A DNA stretch of 64,000 nt from Candidatus Latescibacterota bacterium (GTDB lineage Bacteria > Latescibacterota > UBA2968). The position numbers and the translations under genes were made by a program. This document shows, piece by piece, positions 1 to 9,585 of the stretch (positions within the stretch are counted from its first letter, which is position 1; each line of letters opens with the position of its first letter). The stretch lies in contig OZ242320.1 in NCBI GenBank assembly GCA_965208125.1, forward strand, positions 3,360,001-3,424,000. The letters are read 5' to 3'. The notes under the pieces are model-generated. The model worked only from the letters and a program-made list of their open reading frames with translations, was not told where the DNA came from and made no database searches.

Positions 1-2789
1 TCTCCCTGTTGCTGTGCGAGTTGGGCCATTTTTGCCATCATTTCTTCAAAACCCGTGCCCGATTCTGACGACGCGAGTTGTCCCAGTGCTTGTTGTACCA
101 TCATGGCTGTGCGGTTGATTTCTCCCATGGCTTCGCGGGCGAGTTGAGCCGCCTGATTGGCATTGCCCGCATTGAGTTGTTCGGCAGCGCCTTCCATTTT
201 GTTCAGGGCCTGACCCAGGGATGCCTGTGCGCGGGGGGGCATGAAGAAGGTTTTTTGCGAGGCGTCCATCAGGCGTTGTGCCATGCGCGATGCCCCGGTT
301 ATCGCACGCGCCTGGTCCAGCGCGAGGGGAGCGGCGTCATCGCGGCTTCCCGCCTCATTGGCGCGCTGTGCCGTGCGTTCCTGCGCCTGGGATAAGGTGA
401 GGAGATCGTGCAATACGCGGTTGAGTTCTCTGGCGATTTCTTCTTTTTGAAGCTGGATAAATTGCTGTCGGGTGTGTGCGAGGTTCTGGCTCAGGTCTTG
501 CAAGTCCCGGGCGAGAGAATCGCTGCCTGAGCGCGCACTTTGTCGTTGTCCTTGTGCGAGGTCCTGGCGCACTTGATCCATGCGGGGGGTGAGTTGTTTA
601 TTTTTTATTGCATTGGCGATTTGGTCGAGTTCGCCATCGGTGGGGCTGTCCATTTTTTCCGATGCCTGTTGCAGTTCTGTGTGCAATTGTTCGGTGTCTC
701 GGGCGATTCGCGTCTGGCGACGGATGAGGTCTTCGGCGGGTTCGCGTTCGATATTTTGCGTGATCTGATCCTGAGCATGGGCGAGTTCTTCGAGTTTTTG
801 GTTGAGCGCGTCGAGGGTTTGTTGTTGTTGAACGCGCCGCAAAAGGGCGAGGGTGCGGTCGATGCTTTCTCGGAATTTTTCGCGCTCCATCTGAAATTCT
901 TCAAGGGCTTCGCGCACCCTGTTTGCATCGGCACTTTTGATGGCTTCGTCCAGTTTTTTCATGACGTCTTCGAGTTCTGGCGTGCGGATTTGTGAGAGCA
1001 ATGTTTGTAGTTCTTCGAGTTTTTGCAGGGTATCGTCTTCGAGTAATCCGCTTTCTTGCAGGCGGTCGAGGGCGCGTTCGAGTTGTTCGGCTGTGGACTC
1101 AATTTGTTCGGCGAGTTGTTCTTGCGTTTGGCGCGCTTTTTCGAGTTCGCGTTTTTCCTGCCAGTCGAGTTTGTCTTTGGAGAGCATATCGCGGGCGAGT
1201 TCTTTGAGGCGCGCGTCGAGTTCGCGCCCGCGTTGTTGCACGGTTTCGATCTCGTCGATGCCCTCACGCTGTATTTTATCTACTTCCCGATGAATTTCAA
1301 ACAGGCTGGGCATGCGAATTGTAAAGGTAGCTGTTTCACCATAAGAGGGCCTGGGGTTGTTGTCATAAGCGCGGATTCTGTAGGTGATTTGATCGCCCGG
1401 TAGCAAGTCGAGGTTGGACAGGTCCCAGTGATAGGATGTTTCGAGTTCTCGCCCGGATGTTGTGACAATTGGAAGGATGTGGTCTGTGTCGTCGTCTTTC
1501 TGGTATCTGAGTTGTAGGTGCGATATGCCGTAGTCGTCAAAGGCTTCGATAACGAGGGAGACGCGCATTGATTCTGTGAGATCAATGTCTTGTCCCGGTC
1601 GCAACAGGCGCACATCGGGTGGTTGATCGGGCAGCGCGACAATGCGATATGCCACGGGGTCTTTGTTGGCGATCATCTGGTGATCGCGCAAATGTACGCG
1701 ATAGCGTCCATCTTTTTTTATTGACAGAGTTGCCCGCGCAAGCGATGAAGATACTGTGGCGGATAATTCGGTTGCGTCGTCAAATACGAGCGAGGCCGAT
1801 TCGAGAGATTTGTTGGTTTCAATCGTCAATGAGACTTCTGTGCCGGTTGGTACAATTATGTCGCCGCCCTGTTGATCGATGCGGTCGGGCATGGCTGTGT
1901 GCGGCGGAAATCGGTCGCGATGCGAGATGCGCGTGACAATGGGACGCGGATGTACGGTTGTGGTGTAGGTGGGCGTTTGCGCGTCGTGGGCAGATAGGCG
2001 GTAATCAAAAGATCGCGTGACACTGGGAAAGTGGTGAGATGCGCCCGCTTGTTTGATAGGCAAGACAAAAGAGGCCCATGTTTGTACGTCTTTTTCGCGT
2101 ACATACAGGCGCGCAGTACGCGGAACAATGCCCGCAAATTGTGCGGTGAGTGTAAGAGGCTCCCCACCGACGATTTCGATATTGCCCGGTTTTAAAATTA
2201 TATACGTGTCCGGCGGGCGGGTGTATGGGGTTTGCGGGTTTGCAAGGCGTTGGGCAGCGTCGGATAAGGCCGTGGGCCATCCCGCGTGGAGTAATAGCGC
2301 GACGAGGGCGAGCACGACAACTGCCGTGGCAGCGCGAATGGGTGGCTTGCGATTGATGAGGGATTCATACGAAAGATGCTGTGTGGCGCGTTCTGCCTGG
2401 ATGATTGCGGCATCGACGAGTGCGGTGGCGTGTTCTTCGCGGTCTCTTTGTCGCCACAATTGGAGCGCGTTGATCAGGTGTTGCTGGAGGCCACCAAAGT
2501 GTTGTTCCACACGCAGTGCGATCTGGTCGAGGCTGGGAGGTTTGATAAATGGCAGGACGCAGAAGCGAGCGAGCAGGTATAAGAGGCACAGAGCGCACAA
2601 ACTCTCTAAGACAATTTTGAGAATCGGGCGCAGGTAGAATATCGATTCGAGGATGACGAGGGCGGTACCCGCGCTGAGGATAAATACCAGCGCGAGGCCC
2701 ACGCCTGTTAGTGCCCGATTTGCCGCGAGCAGTGTGCGCAGCCTTGTGAGGCGGTGGATGAGTTTTTGATGTGCGGAGTGCGAGGTCAT
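1..2789 (-). CDS. DUF4175-like large membrane-anchored coiled-coil protein (3' end runs off the window)
   Basis: Not in the ORF track because there is no stop inside the window. Manual translation from ATG 2789: MTSHSAHQKLIHRLTRLRTLLAANRALTGVGLALVF... with N-terminal TM helices; the same frame reads Q/E/A-rich at the window edge (INRTAMMVQQALGQL...AQQQG). Follows DUF4159 as is usual. Confidence 0.7.
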   Translation of the reverse strand, partial: MTSHSAHQKLIHRLTRLRTLLAANRALTGVGLALVFILSAGTALVILESIFYLRPILKIVLESLCALCLLYLLARFCVLPFIKPPSLDQIALRVEQHFGGLQQHLINALQLWRQRDREEHATALVDAAIIQAERATQHLSYESLINRKPPIRAATAVVVLALVALLLHAGWPTALSDAAQRLANPQTPYTRPPDTYIILKPGNIEIVGGEPLTLTAQFAGIVPRTARLYVREKDVQTWASFVLPIKQAGASHHFPSVTRSFDYRLSAHDAQTPTYTTTVHPRPIVTRISHRDRFPPHTAMPDRIDQQGGDIIVPTGTEVSLTIETNKSLESASLVFDDATELSATVSSSLARATLSIKKDGRYRVHLRDHQMIANKDPVAYRIVALPDQPPDVRLLRPGQDIDLTESMRVSLVIEAFDDYGISHLQLRYQKDDDTDHILPIVTTSGRELETSYHWDLSNLDLLPGDQITYRIRAYDNNPRPSYGETATFTIRMPSLFEIHREVDKIQREGIDEIETVQQRGRELDARLKELARDMLSKDKLDWQEKRELEKARQTQEQLAEQIESTAEQLERALDRLQESGLLEDDTLQKLEELQTLLSQIRTPELEDVMKKLDEAIKSADANRVREALEEFQMEREKFRESIDRTLALLRRVQQQQTLDALNQKLEELAHAQDQITQNIEREPAEDLIRRQTRIARDTEQLHTELQQASEKMDSPTDGELDQIANAIKNKQLTPRMDQVRQDLAQGQRQSARSGSDSLARDLQDLSQNLAHTRQQFIQLQKEEIARELNRVLHDLLTLSQAQERTAQRANEAGSRDDAAPLALDQARAITGASRMAQRLMDASQKTFFMPPRAQASLGQALNKMEGAAEQLNAGNANQAAQLAREAMGEINRTAMMVQQALGQLASSESGTGFEEMMAKMAQLAQQQG

Positions 2790-2801
2790 GGAAATCAGTG
2801 G

Positions 2802-3464
2802 TCAATGCGTCAGTGCCCAGACAATGACGTTGGTGCCCATTTTGAGGGCTTCTTGTCTTTTTGCGGGCGGGTCGTTGTGTACGTCGGGATCATCCCATCC
2901 ATCGGCGATGTCGCTGCTCGTGTTGTAAAAGACGATCAGGCGGTTTTCGTGAAATAGACCCAGAGCCTGAGGTGGGTCGCCGTCGTGTTCATGGATTTTT
3001 GGCAAGCCGTTTGGAAAGTGAAACGGCGTTTTGAAGAGGCCAAAAGACGGGGGCAATTGGACGAGTTTTTTGTCGGGGAATGCGCGTTTGAGTTCCCGGC
3101 GAAAGGATTCGTCCAGGCCGTAGTCGTCGTTGGCAAAGAGAAATCCGCCGCGTTCGAGATAGAGGCGCAAACGCCGCAGTTCTTCTTCGGAGAATCGGAT
3201 GTTGCCATGTCCGGTGAGAAATAGAACGGGATAGGCAAAGAGGTGTTCGTCAGTAAGCGCGACCTGGGCTTCTTGCTCGGCGGTGTGGATGGGCGTGTGT
3301 TGTCTGATAAATGCGAGCAGGTTGGGAATTTCTGTTGGGCCATTATACCAGTCACCGCCACCGTCGTATTTGAGACGCGCTATGGTGAATGCCGCGGGCG
3401 GGTCTTGCAATTGGGCCAGGCTGGGCGCAGAGATTATCAGGAGTAGAAGGATGAAATGGCGCAT
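2802..3464 (-). CDS. DUF4159 domain protein
   Basis: Signal peptide; IARLKYDGGGDWY, LFLTGHG, GGFLFANDDYG and KIHEHDG motifs. Confidence 0.85.
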   Translation of the reverse strand: MRHFILLLLIISAPSLAQLQDPPAAFTIARLKYDGGGDWYNGPTEIPNLLAFIRQHTPIHTAEQEAQVALTDEHLFAYPVLFLTGHGNIRFSEEELRRLRLYLERGGFLFANDDYGLDESFRRELKRAFPDKKLVQLPPSFGLFKTPFHFPNGLPKIHEHDGDPPQALGLFHENRLIVFYNTSSDIADGWDDPDVHNDPPAKRQEALKMGTNVIVWALTH

Positions 3465-3502
3465 GGTTTTTATGACGCGAAAAGGCGGCTTTCGGTTCCG
3501 TT

Positions 3503-3557
3503 GTAGGGGCGGTGCCTCCGTATAAAATCATTACGGAGCAGGCTCCTGTGCCCGCCC
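3503..3557 (+). repeat. GTAG-type REP-like element, variant with internal hairpin insert
   Basis: GTAGGGGCGGTGCCTCCGT...GTGCCCGCCC, related to the copies at 5086 and 9591. Confidence 0.55.
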
Positions 3558-3569
3558 ATCGGAGGTCTC

Positions 3570-3911
3570 TTATGTTTCACTTTTTACGTTGTCTATTTGC
3601 AATATGGAGGGCGCTGTGCCAAAGGTGTAAGAGCAGTCGAAGTCAACTTCTGATAAACACCGCGTGTCAATTGGAAATGCCGCGCATTGTTTGGGGCGGT
3701 TTTCGTAGATGCTACAGAGGGTTTCTCCGGTGTCATTTTTGATGAGAAACGGACATTTGAACAGGAGTTCACAGCAGTTGCCACACTGGTTGCATTCGCC
3801 CTGTCGGTTTTTTTCTTGTTGCGCGACATAGGCTTTGCGAAATCGCAGCAGCAAAAAGCGTCGCACTTTGCCGATGGCTTGTTCGCACATTTTGCCAAAG
3901 GTTCTGGGCAT
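3570..3911 (-). CDS. Cys-rich YkgJ-like (CxxCxxCC) metal or Fe-S binding protein
   Basis: CNQCGNCC...CPFL...CSIYENRPKQCAAFP. Confidence 0.75.
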   Translation of the reverse strand: MPRTFGKMCEQAIGKVRRFLLLRFRKAYVAQQEKNRQGECNQCGNCCELLFKCPFLIKNDTGETLCSIYENRPKQCAAFPIDTRCLSEVDFDCSYTFGTAPSILQIDNVKSET

Positions 3912-3927
3912 GGGAAAGTCCCGTTTC

Positions 3928-5070
3928 TTATTTTATTTGTTCGATTTCACGCTCTGCAGCCTGTACGCTGCTTTTGGTGTCGTGAACGGCGATGGTGAGG
4001 TCGCAGTGCTGGGTTTCGCCGCCGTTGAGTGTGATGACGCGTCCGGCTTCGCGTTCAACGCTTTTGGCGTTGGGATAGTTGGTGGCGGGTTCGAGGCCTA
4101 CAACGTATCCATCTGGGGTTGCTGCGGTGTTTTTCCAGAGGGTAAAGTACGGCATTTGTTTGAGTGCGTAGTGGAGCGAAGACCCGAGGTTGCCTTCGGC
4201 GTTTTTGAGCAGGACAGATGTGTTACCTTCGCTGTTGCCGGCGAGTTTGTAAAAATAAACTTGTTCGATATAACCCGGGGTGGGGGCGAGGCATTTGTCG
4301 AAAGTGTCGATGCCTTCCTCTGCGCGTGGGTCGCGTGGAGAGACGGTTTTGTGCGGTGTTACGATGGACGCGCCTTCTTCGAGGAGAGGTGCGCCGTAGT
4401 TGCAGTGGTAGAGCAGTTCCATTTCAGCGGGTTTGTCGTTGAGGTTGGTGACTTGATCGGCTATGGTGAAGTTGTTGCTGCCGAGTTCGGTCGATATGGC
4501 TGTGGTGAGGCGCAGCGCAGGACCAAACATCATGGTTTCATCGACGATGCCCAATACGGTGATGCGATGGGGCGGTGTCAGTTCGATTTGCACTTCGACA
4601 TGGCGCGCGGGTATGTTGGCGATTTTGCCGTGCAGGGGGACAAAGACTTCGGCTTCGTTGCCGTTGTTGTCGATGACGATGTCTTTGCCGGGTGCGCCAT
4701 TGCTGTCGAGGCCACAGCGCACGATCCATTCGTTAAAGCCTTTGAGCCATCCCAGGCCACCCCGGTCGTTGAGTTCGACAAAGGCCGGGTTGACGAGGTC
4801 GCGCACGGGCGATTTCCAGCCCAGGGGTATGCCGCGATAAGTGCCTTTCCATATTCCCATGCCGCGCGTGGGGACGATGAATACAGAGAGTGCCCCGTTG
4901 TCGAGTTCAATGAGGTCAACCCCGTCTTGTGTGCCGCCTTTGAGAGCGGTTTTTTGCACGCGCCATGTGTGTTCTGTGCCAAGTGGTAGGGTGGATTCAT
5001 CAAGGGCCCACGATTCTGTCCAGAGTGCGCGTTCGACATCGGTGAGAACAAAGCGATAAGTGCCTTCCAT
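3928..5070 (-). CDS. Aldose 1-epimerase family protein (DUF4432)
   Basis: PTRGMG, PLHG, YHCNYG and GLEP motifs; start placed at ATG 5070 after an AAGGA RBS. Confidence 0.8.
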   Translation of the reverse strand: MEGTYRFVLTDVERALWTESWALDESTLPLGTEHTWRVQKTALKGGTQDGVDLIELDNGALSVFIVPTRGMGIWKGTYRGIPLGWKSPVRDLVNPAFVELNDRGGLGWLKGFNEWIVRCGLDSNGAPGKDIVIDNNGNEAEVFVPLHGKIANIPARHVEVQIELTPPHRITVLGIVDETMMFGPALRLTTAISTELGSNNFTIADQVTNLNDKPAEMELLYHCNYGAPLLEEGASIVTPHKTVSPRDPRAEEGIDTFDKCLAPTPGYIEQVYFYKLAGNSEGNTSVLLKNAEGNLGSSLHYALKQMPYFTLWKNTAATPDGYVVGLEPATNYPNAKSVEREAGRVITLNGGETQHCDLTIAVHDTKSSVQAAEREIEQIK

Positions 5071-5085
5071 GAGATTTCCTTCTGT

Positions 5086-5112
5086 GTAGGGGCGGTGCCC
5101 CCGTGCCCGCCC
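5086..5112 (+). repeat. GTAG-type REP-like palindrome
   Basis: GTAGGGGCGGTGCCCCCGTGCCCGCCC, identical to 9591-9617. Confidence 0.7.
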
Positions 5113-5216
5113 GTCGTAGGGGCAGATGTCCTTTTTTGTTCGTCTGAATATACGGGAAAATGCGCGAGGTGAAAAGCGCAACGTATGGGCGACGCGGCCT
5201 GATGCTACCGGGTTGG

Positions 5217-5245
5217 TTGTCAAAATGGGTATAAGGTCTTAATTT
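5217..5245 (+). promoter_or_regulatory. Putative sigma70 promoter of the Mur ligase operon
   Basis: TTGTCA-N17-TAATTT. Confidence 0.4.
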
Positions 5246-5288
5246 TATATTGATTTTACGCAACTTCTACAGCATTGGCGATTGTAAA

Positions 5289-6671
5289 ATGAAAAAGCAA
5301 ACTTTCTTTTTTTGCGGTATTGGTGGCAGCGGCATGAGTGCTATTGCACAAGTGTTGCTGCATCAAGGCCATGCGGTGCGCGGGTCGGATCGCAGTTATG
5401 ACCGCGGGCAAAATGCGGATTTGTACGCGAGATTGCAGGCACTTGGGGTGGTGTTGTTTCCGCAAGATGGGTCGGGTGTGGATGCAGATGTGGATGTGCT
5501 GGTGGTGTCAAGTGCGGTCGAGCCGACGATTTTAGATGTACAGGCGGGGCTGGATCGCGGTATTGCTATTCGCAAGCGGGCTGAGGTGTTGGCGGACTTG
5601 TTTCATCGGGGGACGGGGATTGCCGTGGGGGGGACGAGTGGAAAGTCAACGGTGACGGGGATGATTGGGCATATTTTGAGCAGGACGGGACGAGAGCCTA
5701 CGGTGATCAATGGGGGGATGATGCGCGATGCGGTGCAGCCTCCGCGATTGGGCAATGCATTATGCGGCGATGCCGAGTTGGTGGTGATTGAGGCAGATGA
5801 GAGCGATGGTACGATTGCGCTGTACGAGCCGACGGTGTCGGTGTTGACGAATATTTCGCTGGATCACAAGCCGATGGCGGAGTTGGAGGCGCTTTTTGGG
5901 GCGTTTTGCGCGCGGGCAAGAGATGCGGTGGTGGTGAATCGTCTGTGCGAGCGGTCAATGGCTTTGACGCAGGGGGTAAAGCGGCGGGTGACTTTTGGGG
6001 TGGATTGCGAAGGGGCAGATGTGCAGGCTGCCGATGTCGAGTTGTTGCCCGATGGTGTGCGGTGTGTTGTCAATGGGTATTCTTGTGGGTTGCGCGTGCC
6101 TGGACGGCACAATGTTGCCAATGCGGTGGCGGCTATTGCCGCGTGTGGGGTGCTTGGGGTAAGCGCGAGAGATGGAGCAGAAGCATTGGGTGATTTTCGG
6201 GGGATTGGCAGGCGGTTGGAGGTGGTGGGTAAAGCACAGGGGGTGACAGTGATCGATGATTTTGCACATAATCCGGATAAAATTGCCGCGAGTTTGGCAA
6301 CGCTGAAGGCGCAGCCCGGGCGCGTGTTGTCGGTGTTTCAACCGCACGGTTTTGGGCCAACGCGGTTTTTAATGGATGGGCTGATTTCGGCATTTGTCAA
6401 TGGGATGGATGGGGATGATCTGGTGATTATGTTGGAGATTTTTTATGCGGGCGGGACAGCACAAAAGGATATTTCGTCGGGGGATTTGATCGCGCAGATT
6501 GCGCGTGCTGGGCGACGGGCTGAGTATATTGAAAGGCGCGAGGATATTATTGTGCGGTTGGCGGAGGAGGCGCGGGAGGGCGACCGGGTTGTGGTGATGG
6601 GCGCGCGGGATGATTCGCTGACGGTTTTTGCAAGAGATATATTATTACGGATTGAGAGCAGAGTGCGATGA
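5289..6671 (+). CDS. MurC/Mpl-family Mur ligase
   Basis: GIGGSGMS, GTSGKST, EADESDG, DDFAHNP and VFQPH motifs. Confidence 0.85.
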   Translation: MKKQTFFFCGIGGSGMSAIAQVLLHQGHAVRGSDRSYDRGQNADLYARLQALGVVLFPQDGSGVDADVDVLVVSSAVEPTILDVQAGLDRGIAIRKRAEVLADLFHRGTGIAVGGTSGKSTVTGMIGHILSRTGREPTVINGGMMRDAVQPPRLGNALCGDAELVVIEADESDGTIALYEPTVSVLTNISLDHKPMAELEALFGAFCARARDAVVVNRLCERSMALTQGVKRRVTFGVDCEGADVQAADVELLPDGVRCVVNGYSCGLRVPGRHNVANAVAAIAACGVLGVSARDGAEALGDFRGIGRRLEVVGKAQGVTVIDDFAHNPDKIAASLATLKAQPGRVLSVFQPHGFGPTRFLMDGLISAFVNGMDGDDLVIMLEIFYAGGTAQKDISSGDLIAQIARAGRRAEYIERREDIIVRLAEEAREGDRVVVMGARDDSLTVFARDILLRIESRVR

Positions 6672-7558
6672 GTTTGCCTCCTGAATTGCAACCGGGCGAT
6701 ACGGTGGGGGTGATTGCGCCGTCCGGGTCTTTTGAGCGCGAGCGGTTGGCCCCCGGGCTGGCGTTTTTGCGCGCGAAGGGGTTTGATGTGCGCGAAGGGG
6801 CGTCGCTTTACGCTCAGGATCGGTATTTGGCGGGGGCAGATCGGGCGCGTGCGGATGATGTGAATGCGATGTTTGCCGATGGAGATGTGAAGGGTATTTT
6901 TGTTGCGCGCGGCGGGTATGGGGCAGCTCGCATTTTGGAGTTTTTGGATTGGGCGTCTATTGCCCAAAATCCAAAGGTGCTGGTGGGGCTGAGCGATACG
7001 ACGGCGTTGCAGTTGGCGATTTTTGCGCGAACGGGATTGGTGACGTTTTCCGGGTTTTTGCTGTGTTCGGATGCGACGGCAGAAGGCGTTGATCAGGAGA
7101 CGGAGCAGGCATTGTGGACGGCTGTGTGTTCGCATCGGTTTGAGGGCGTTGGTTTAACGCCTCTGCGCGGCGGCGAGGTGAATGGTCCACTCATTGGGGG
7201 GTGTTTGTCGCTGGTGGCGTCGCTGGTGGGTACACAGTTTTTGCCAGTACTGGACGGTGCTGTGCTGGTGCTGGAGGATGTGAATGAGCCGCCGTATCGC
7301 GTGGATCGGATGCTGAATCAGTTGGCGATGGCCGGGGTGTTTGATCGCGTCGCAGGTGTGGTGTTTGGCGAGTTTGTGGATTGCGAACCCGAGCGTGAGA
7401 CAGAAGGCCGTATTGAAGATGTGATCGATGATTTTGTTGCGCGGGTATCCTGTCCGGTTTTTTGTGGTTTGCCTTATGGACACGGCAAAGCGCGGCGGGT
7501 GCTACCTATTGGTCTGGGCGTCAGGATTGCACGGGATGTGTTGGAATTTGATCTATGA
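6668..7558 (+). CDS. ldcA: LD-carboxypeptidase (peptidase S66)
   Basis: ARGGYG, GLSD nucleophile, LEDVNE and YGH motifs. Confidence 0.9.
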   Translation: MSLPPELQPGDTVGVIAPSGSFERERLAPGLAFLRAKGFDVREGASLYAQDRYLAGADRARADDVNAMFADGDVKGIFVARGGYGAARILEFLDWASIAQNPKVLVGLSDTTALQLAIFARTGLVTFSGFLLCSDATAEGVDQETEQALWTAVCSHRFEGVGLTPLRGGEVNGPLIGGCLSLVASLVGTQFLPVLDGAVLVLEDVNEPPYRVDRMLNQLAMAGVFDRVAGVVFGEFVDCEPERETEGRIEDVIDDFVARVSCPVFCGLPYGHGKARRVLPIGLGVRIARDVLEFDL

Positions 7559-8355
7559 AAAAAATACCCCTGATATTGATCATTGCCTTGACGATGTCGT
7601 GCGCGGTGATAAATAAGCTAAATTTGTTGACGCCCGAGCAAGAGGTGGAGCTTGGCAGGCAAGCCTCGCGAGAGGTGGAGCGGTCCGTGCGATTGTACAG
7701 GGATCCGCTGGTGCGCGCTTATATAGATAGTCTGGGTCAGGCTCTGGTGCGGGTGTCGGCACGGTCGCAGTTTCGATATTATTTTAAGGTGGTCGATGCA
7801 CCCGAGGTGAATGCATTTGCTCTGCCAGGGGGATTTATATATGTGAATCTCGGGTTGATTAAAGTAGCTGAGACCGAGTCGGAATTGGCCGGGGTGATCG
7901 GGCATGAGATAGGGCATGTGGAGATGCATCACGGGGCTAAGAAAATTTCACAGCAGTATGGTGTTGCCGTGCTGGTCGATGTCATAGCCGGGGGCGGAGA
8001 TCCATCGCTGAGGCGAAAAATTATCGCCCAATTGGTGGGATTGGGCGGGGGATTGGGCGTGCTGAAATACGGGCGGGAAGCAGAGCGCGAATCCGATAAG
8101 TTCGCGGTACATTGCATGGTAAATGCGGGTGTTGATCCCGAGGGCATAGCGCGTTTTTTTGAGACGCTGTTGAAGTTGCACAAACGCGCACCCAAAGGGG
8201 TTGAGGTGTGGTTTGCAACGCATCCACCAACGCAGTCGCGCATCGATTTTGTGCGATCTGAAATTGCCAAACTTCCGAATACTTCGGAACTGAAAAAGAC
8301 ATCTGTGCGGTTCAAACAAATTCGCGCCCGCGTCGGCGGAGGTAAAGGCCGTTAG
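7555..8355 (+). CDS. M48 family metallopeptidase, lipoprotein
   Basis: NAFALPGG, HEIGH and ATHP motifs; lipobox-like TMSC. Confidence 0.9.
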   Translation: MKKIPLILIIALTMSCAVINKLNLLTPEQEVELGRQASREVERSVRLYRDPLVRAYIDSLGQALVRVSARSQFRYYFKVVDAPEVNAFALPGGFIYVNLGLIKVAETESELAGVIGHEIGHVEMHHGAKKISQQYGVAVLVDVIAGGGDPSLRRKIIAQLVGLGGGLGVLKYGREAERESDKFAVHCMVNAGVDPEGIARFFETLLKLHKRAPKGVEVWFATHPPTQSRIDFVRSEIAKLPNTSELKKTSVRFKQIRARVGGGKGR

Positions 8356-8369
8356 TAGCCTTTGCGAAA

Positions 8370-8404
8370 TTCACACTTCCTACTTCACACTTCCTACTTC
8401 CTAT
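8370..8404. repeat. Heptamer tandem repeat (TTCACAC/TTCCTAC x5)
   Basis: ttcacac ttcctac ttcacac ttcctac ttcctat. Confidence 0.7.
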
Positions 8405-9413
8405 GGTTCGTTTTCTCAAATGGTTTTTCCCGATTAGCACGGCGATTCTGATTGTTTTAGTCGCCAGTGCATACTGGTATGTGACGCCGCAACGATTAAA
8501 GGCGATTGTGCAGCCGCGTTTGTCCTCGGCTTTGGGCAGAGAGGTGATGTTTGATCATATAGATTGGGGGCTGTCTGATGGTGTGGTGTTTTCGGGTTTA
8601 AGAGTGGAAGGTCGGACTGGCGTCGGTCCCTTTTTAGTCGCGGAGCAGGCTCAGGTGTATATGTCTCGATGGAAGTTGTTGTCGGTTTTGGGCGCATTGG
8701 TGCTGGAAGGTGAGATGCCTGGGATGGGTGAGCAGAGCGATGCCGAAGGTGCGCCAATTCTATCCATAGATCGCATCCGGTTTCAGGATGGTACGTTGCG
8801 GGTGAGACGCATTGCGATTGTTTTTGATTATTTGGAGACGACTTTACTTGCCGAGAATGGGCGTGTAAATCTGGAGGCAATTCAGGGGCAGGTGTACGAG
8901 GGGACGCTTGAGGGGTCTCTGGCGTGGGATAATGGTGTGTGGGATGGGGCTGTGTCGCTTGCGAATGCCCAGGCAGAACAGGTGGCGCGTTCGATTGGCT
9001 GGGCTATTCCGCTTTACGGTGTGGTTGATATAACGGCTCAGGTTTCGGGTGCAAATGTGCGTGGCACCGCGAGTATGGACGAGGGGCGCATTGTGAAGTG
9101 GGATTTTTTGCAGCGGTTGTTGCACCCGATGGCACAATGGGGTTTGATAAATGCCGATGAGGTCCCGCTCAAAGATGTGAAGGTGATTTTTCAGGTGCAG
9201 GGCGATGAGGTGATTCTCGATGGGACACAGTTCACTGCTTCAGATATAGCTTGTGTATTAAATGGTAAGAGTGCTCAGGATCAGTTGGATTATGTGCTGG
9301 ATGTGGAAATGCCCATTCAATTCGCCGGGTTTCGCCTGGGCAGAGCCATTCCCATACGAGTAAAAATTACCGGTGCGGCAAACGCACCAGAAGTGACGGT
9401 GGAGATAAAATAG
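8403..9413 (+). CDS. AsmA-like protein
   Basis: N-terminal TM anchor, LSSALGREV segment, beta-rich body, C-terminal ITGAANAPEV. Confidence 0.65.
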   Translation: MVRFLKWFFPISTAILIVLVASAYWYVTPQRLKAIVQPRLSSALGREVMFDHIDWGLSDGVVFSGLRVEGRTGVGPFLVAEQAQVYMSRWKLLSVLGALVLEGEMPGMGEQSDAEGAPILSIDRIRFQDGTLRVRRIAIVFDYLETTLLAENGRVNLEAIQGQVYEGTLEGSLAWDNGVWDGAVSLANAQAEQVARSIGWAIPLYGVVDITAQVSGANVRGTASMDEGRIVKWDFLQRLLHPMAQWGLINADEVPLKDVKVIFQVQGDEVILDGTQFTASDIACVLNGKSAQDQLDYVLDVEMPIQFAGFRLGRAIPIRVKITGAANAPEVTVEIK

Positions 9414-9420
9414 ATTTTTT

Positions 9421-9534
9421 TTAAAGAGCCAGCACGATGACGATGACTATACCGAGCACGATCAATCCGCCAAAAAATACGATGCAGAAACCCCTGACAA
9501 ACCCGCCTACAAAACCATTGTTATTGTCGCTCAT
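9421..9534 (-). CDS. 37-aa small membrane protein
   Basis: MSDNNNGFVGGFVRGFCIVFFGGLIVLGIVIVIVLAL with upstream GGAAGGA; below the ORF-track cutoff. Confidence 0.55.
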   Translation of the reverse strand: MSDNNNGFVGGFVRGFCIVFFGGLIVLGIVIVIVLAL

Positions 9535-9585
9535 GTTTTATTCATTTCCTTCCATATCGCCGCGAACAAAACCCTGCGGGATATA

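Noticed and set aside
3835-4989. Long antisense ORFs (also 33927-34778, 52849-53808, 56639-57604, 57741-58724)
   Set aside because: Shadows of well-supported genes on the opposite strand
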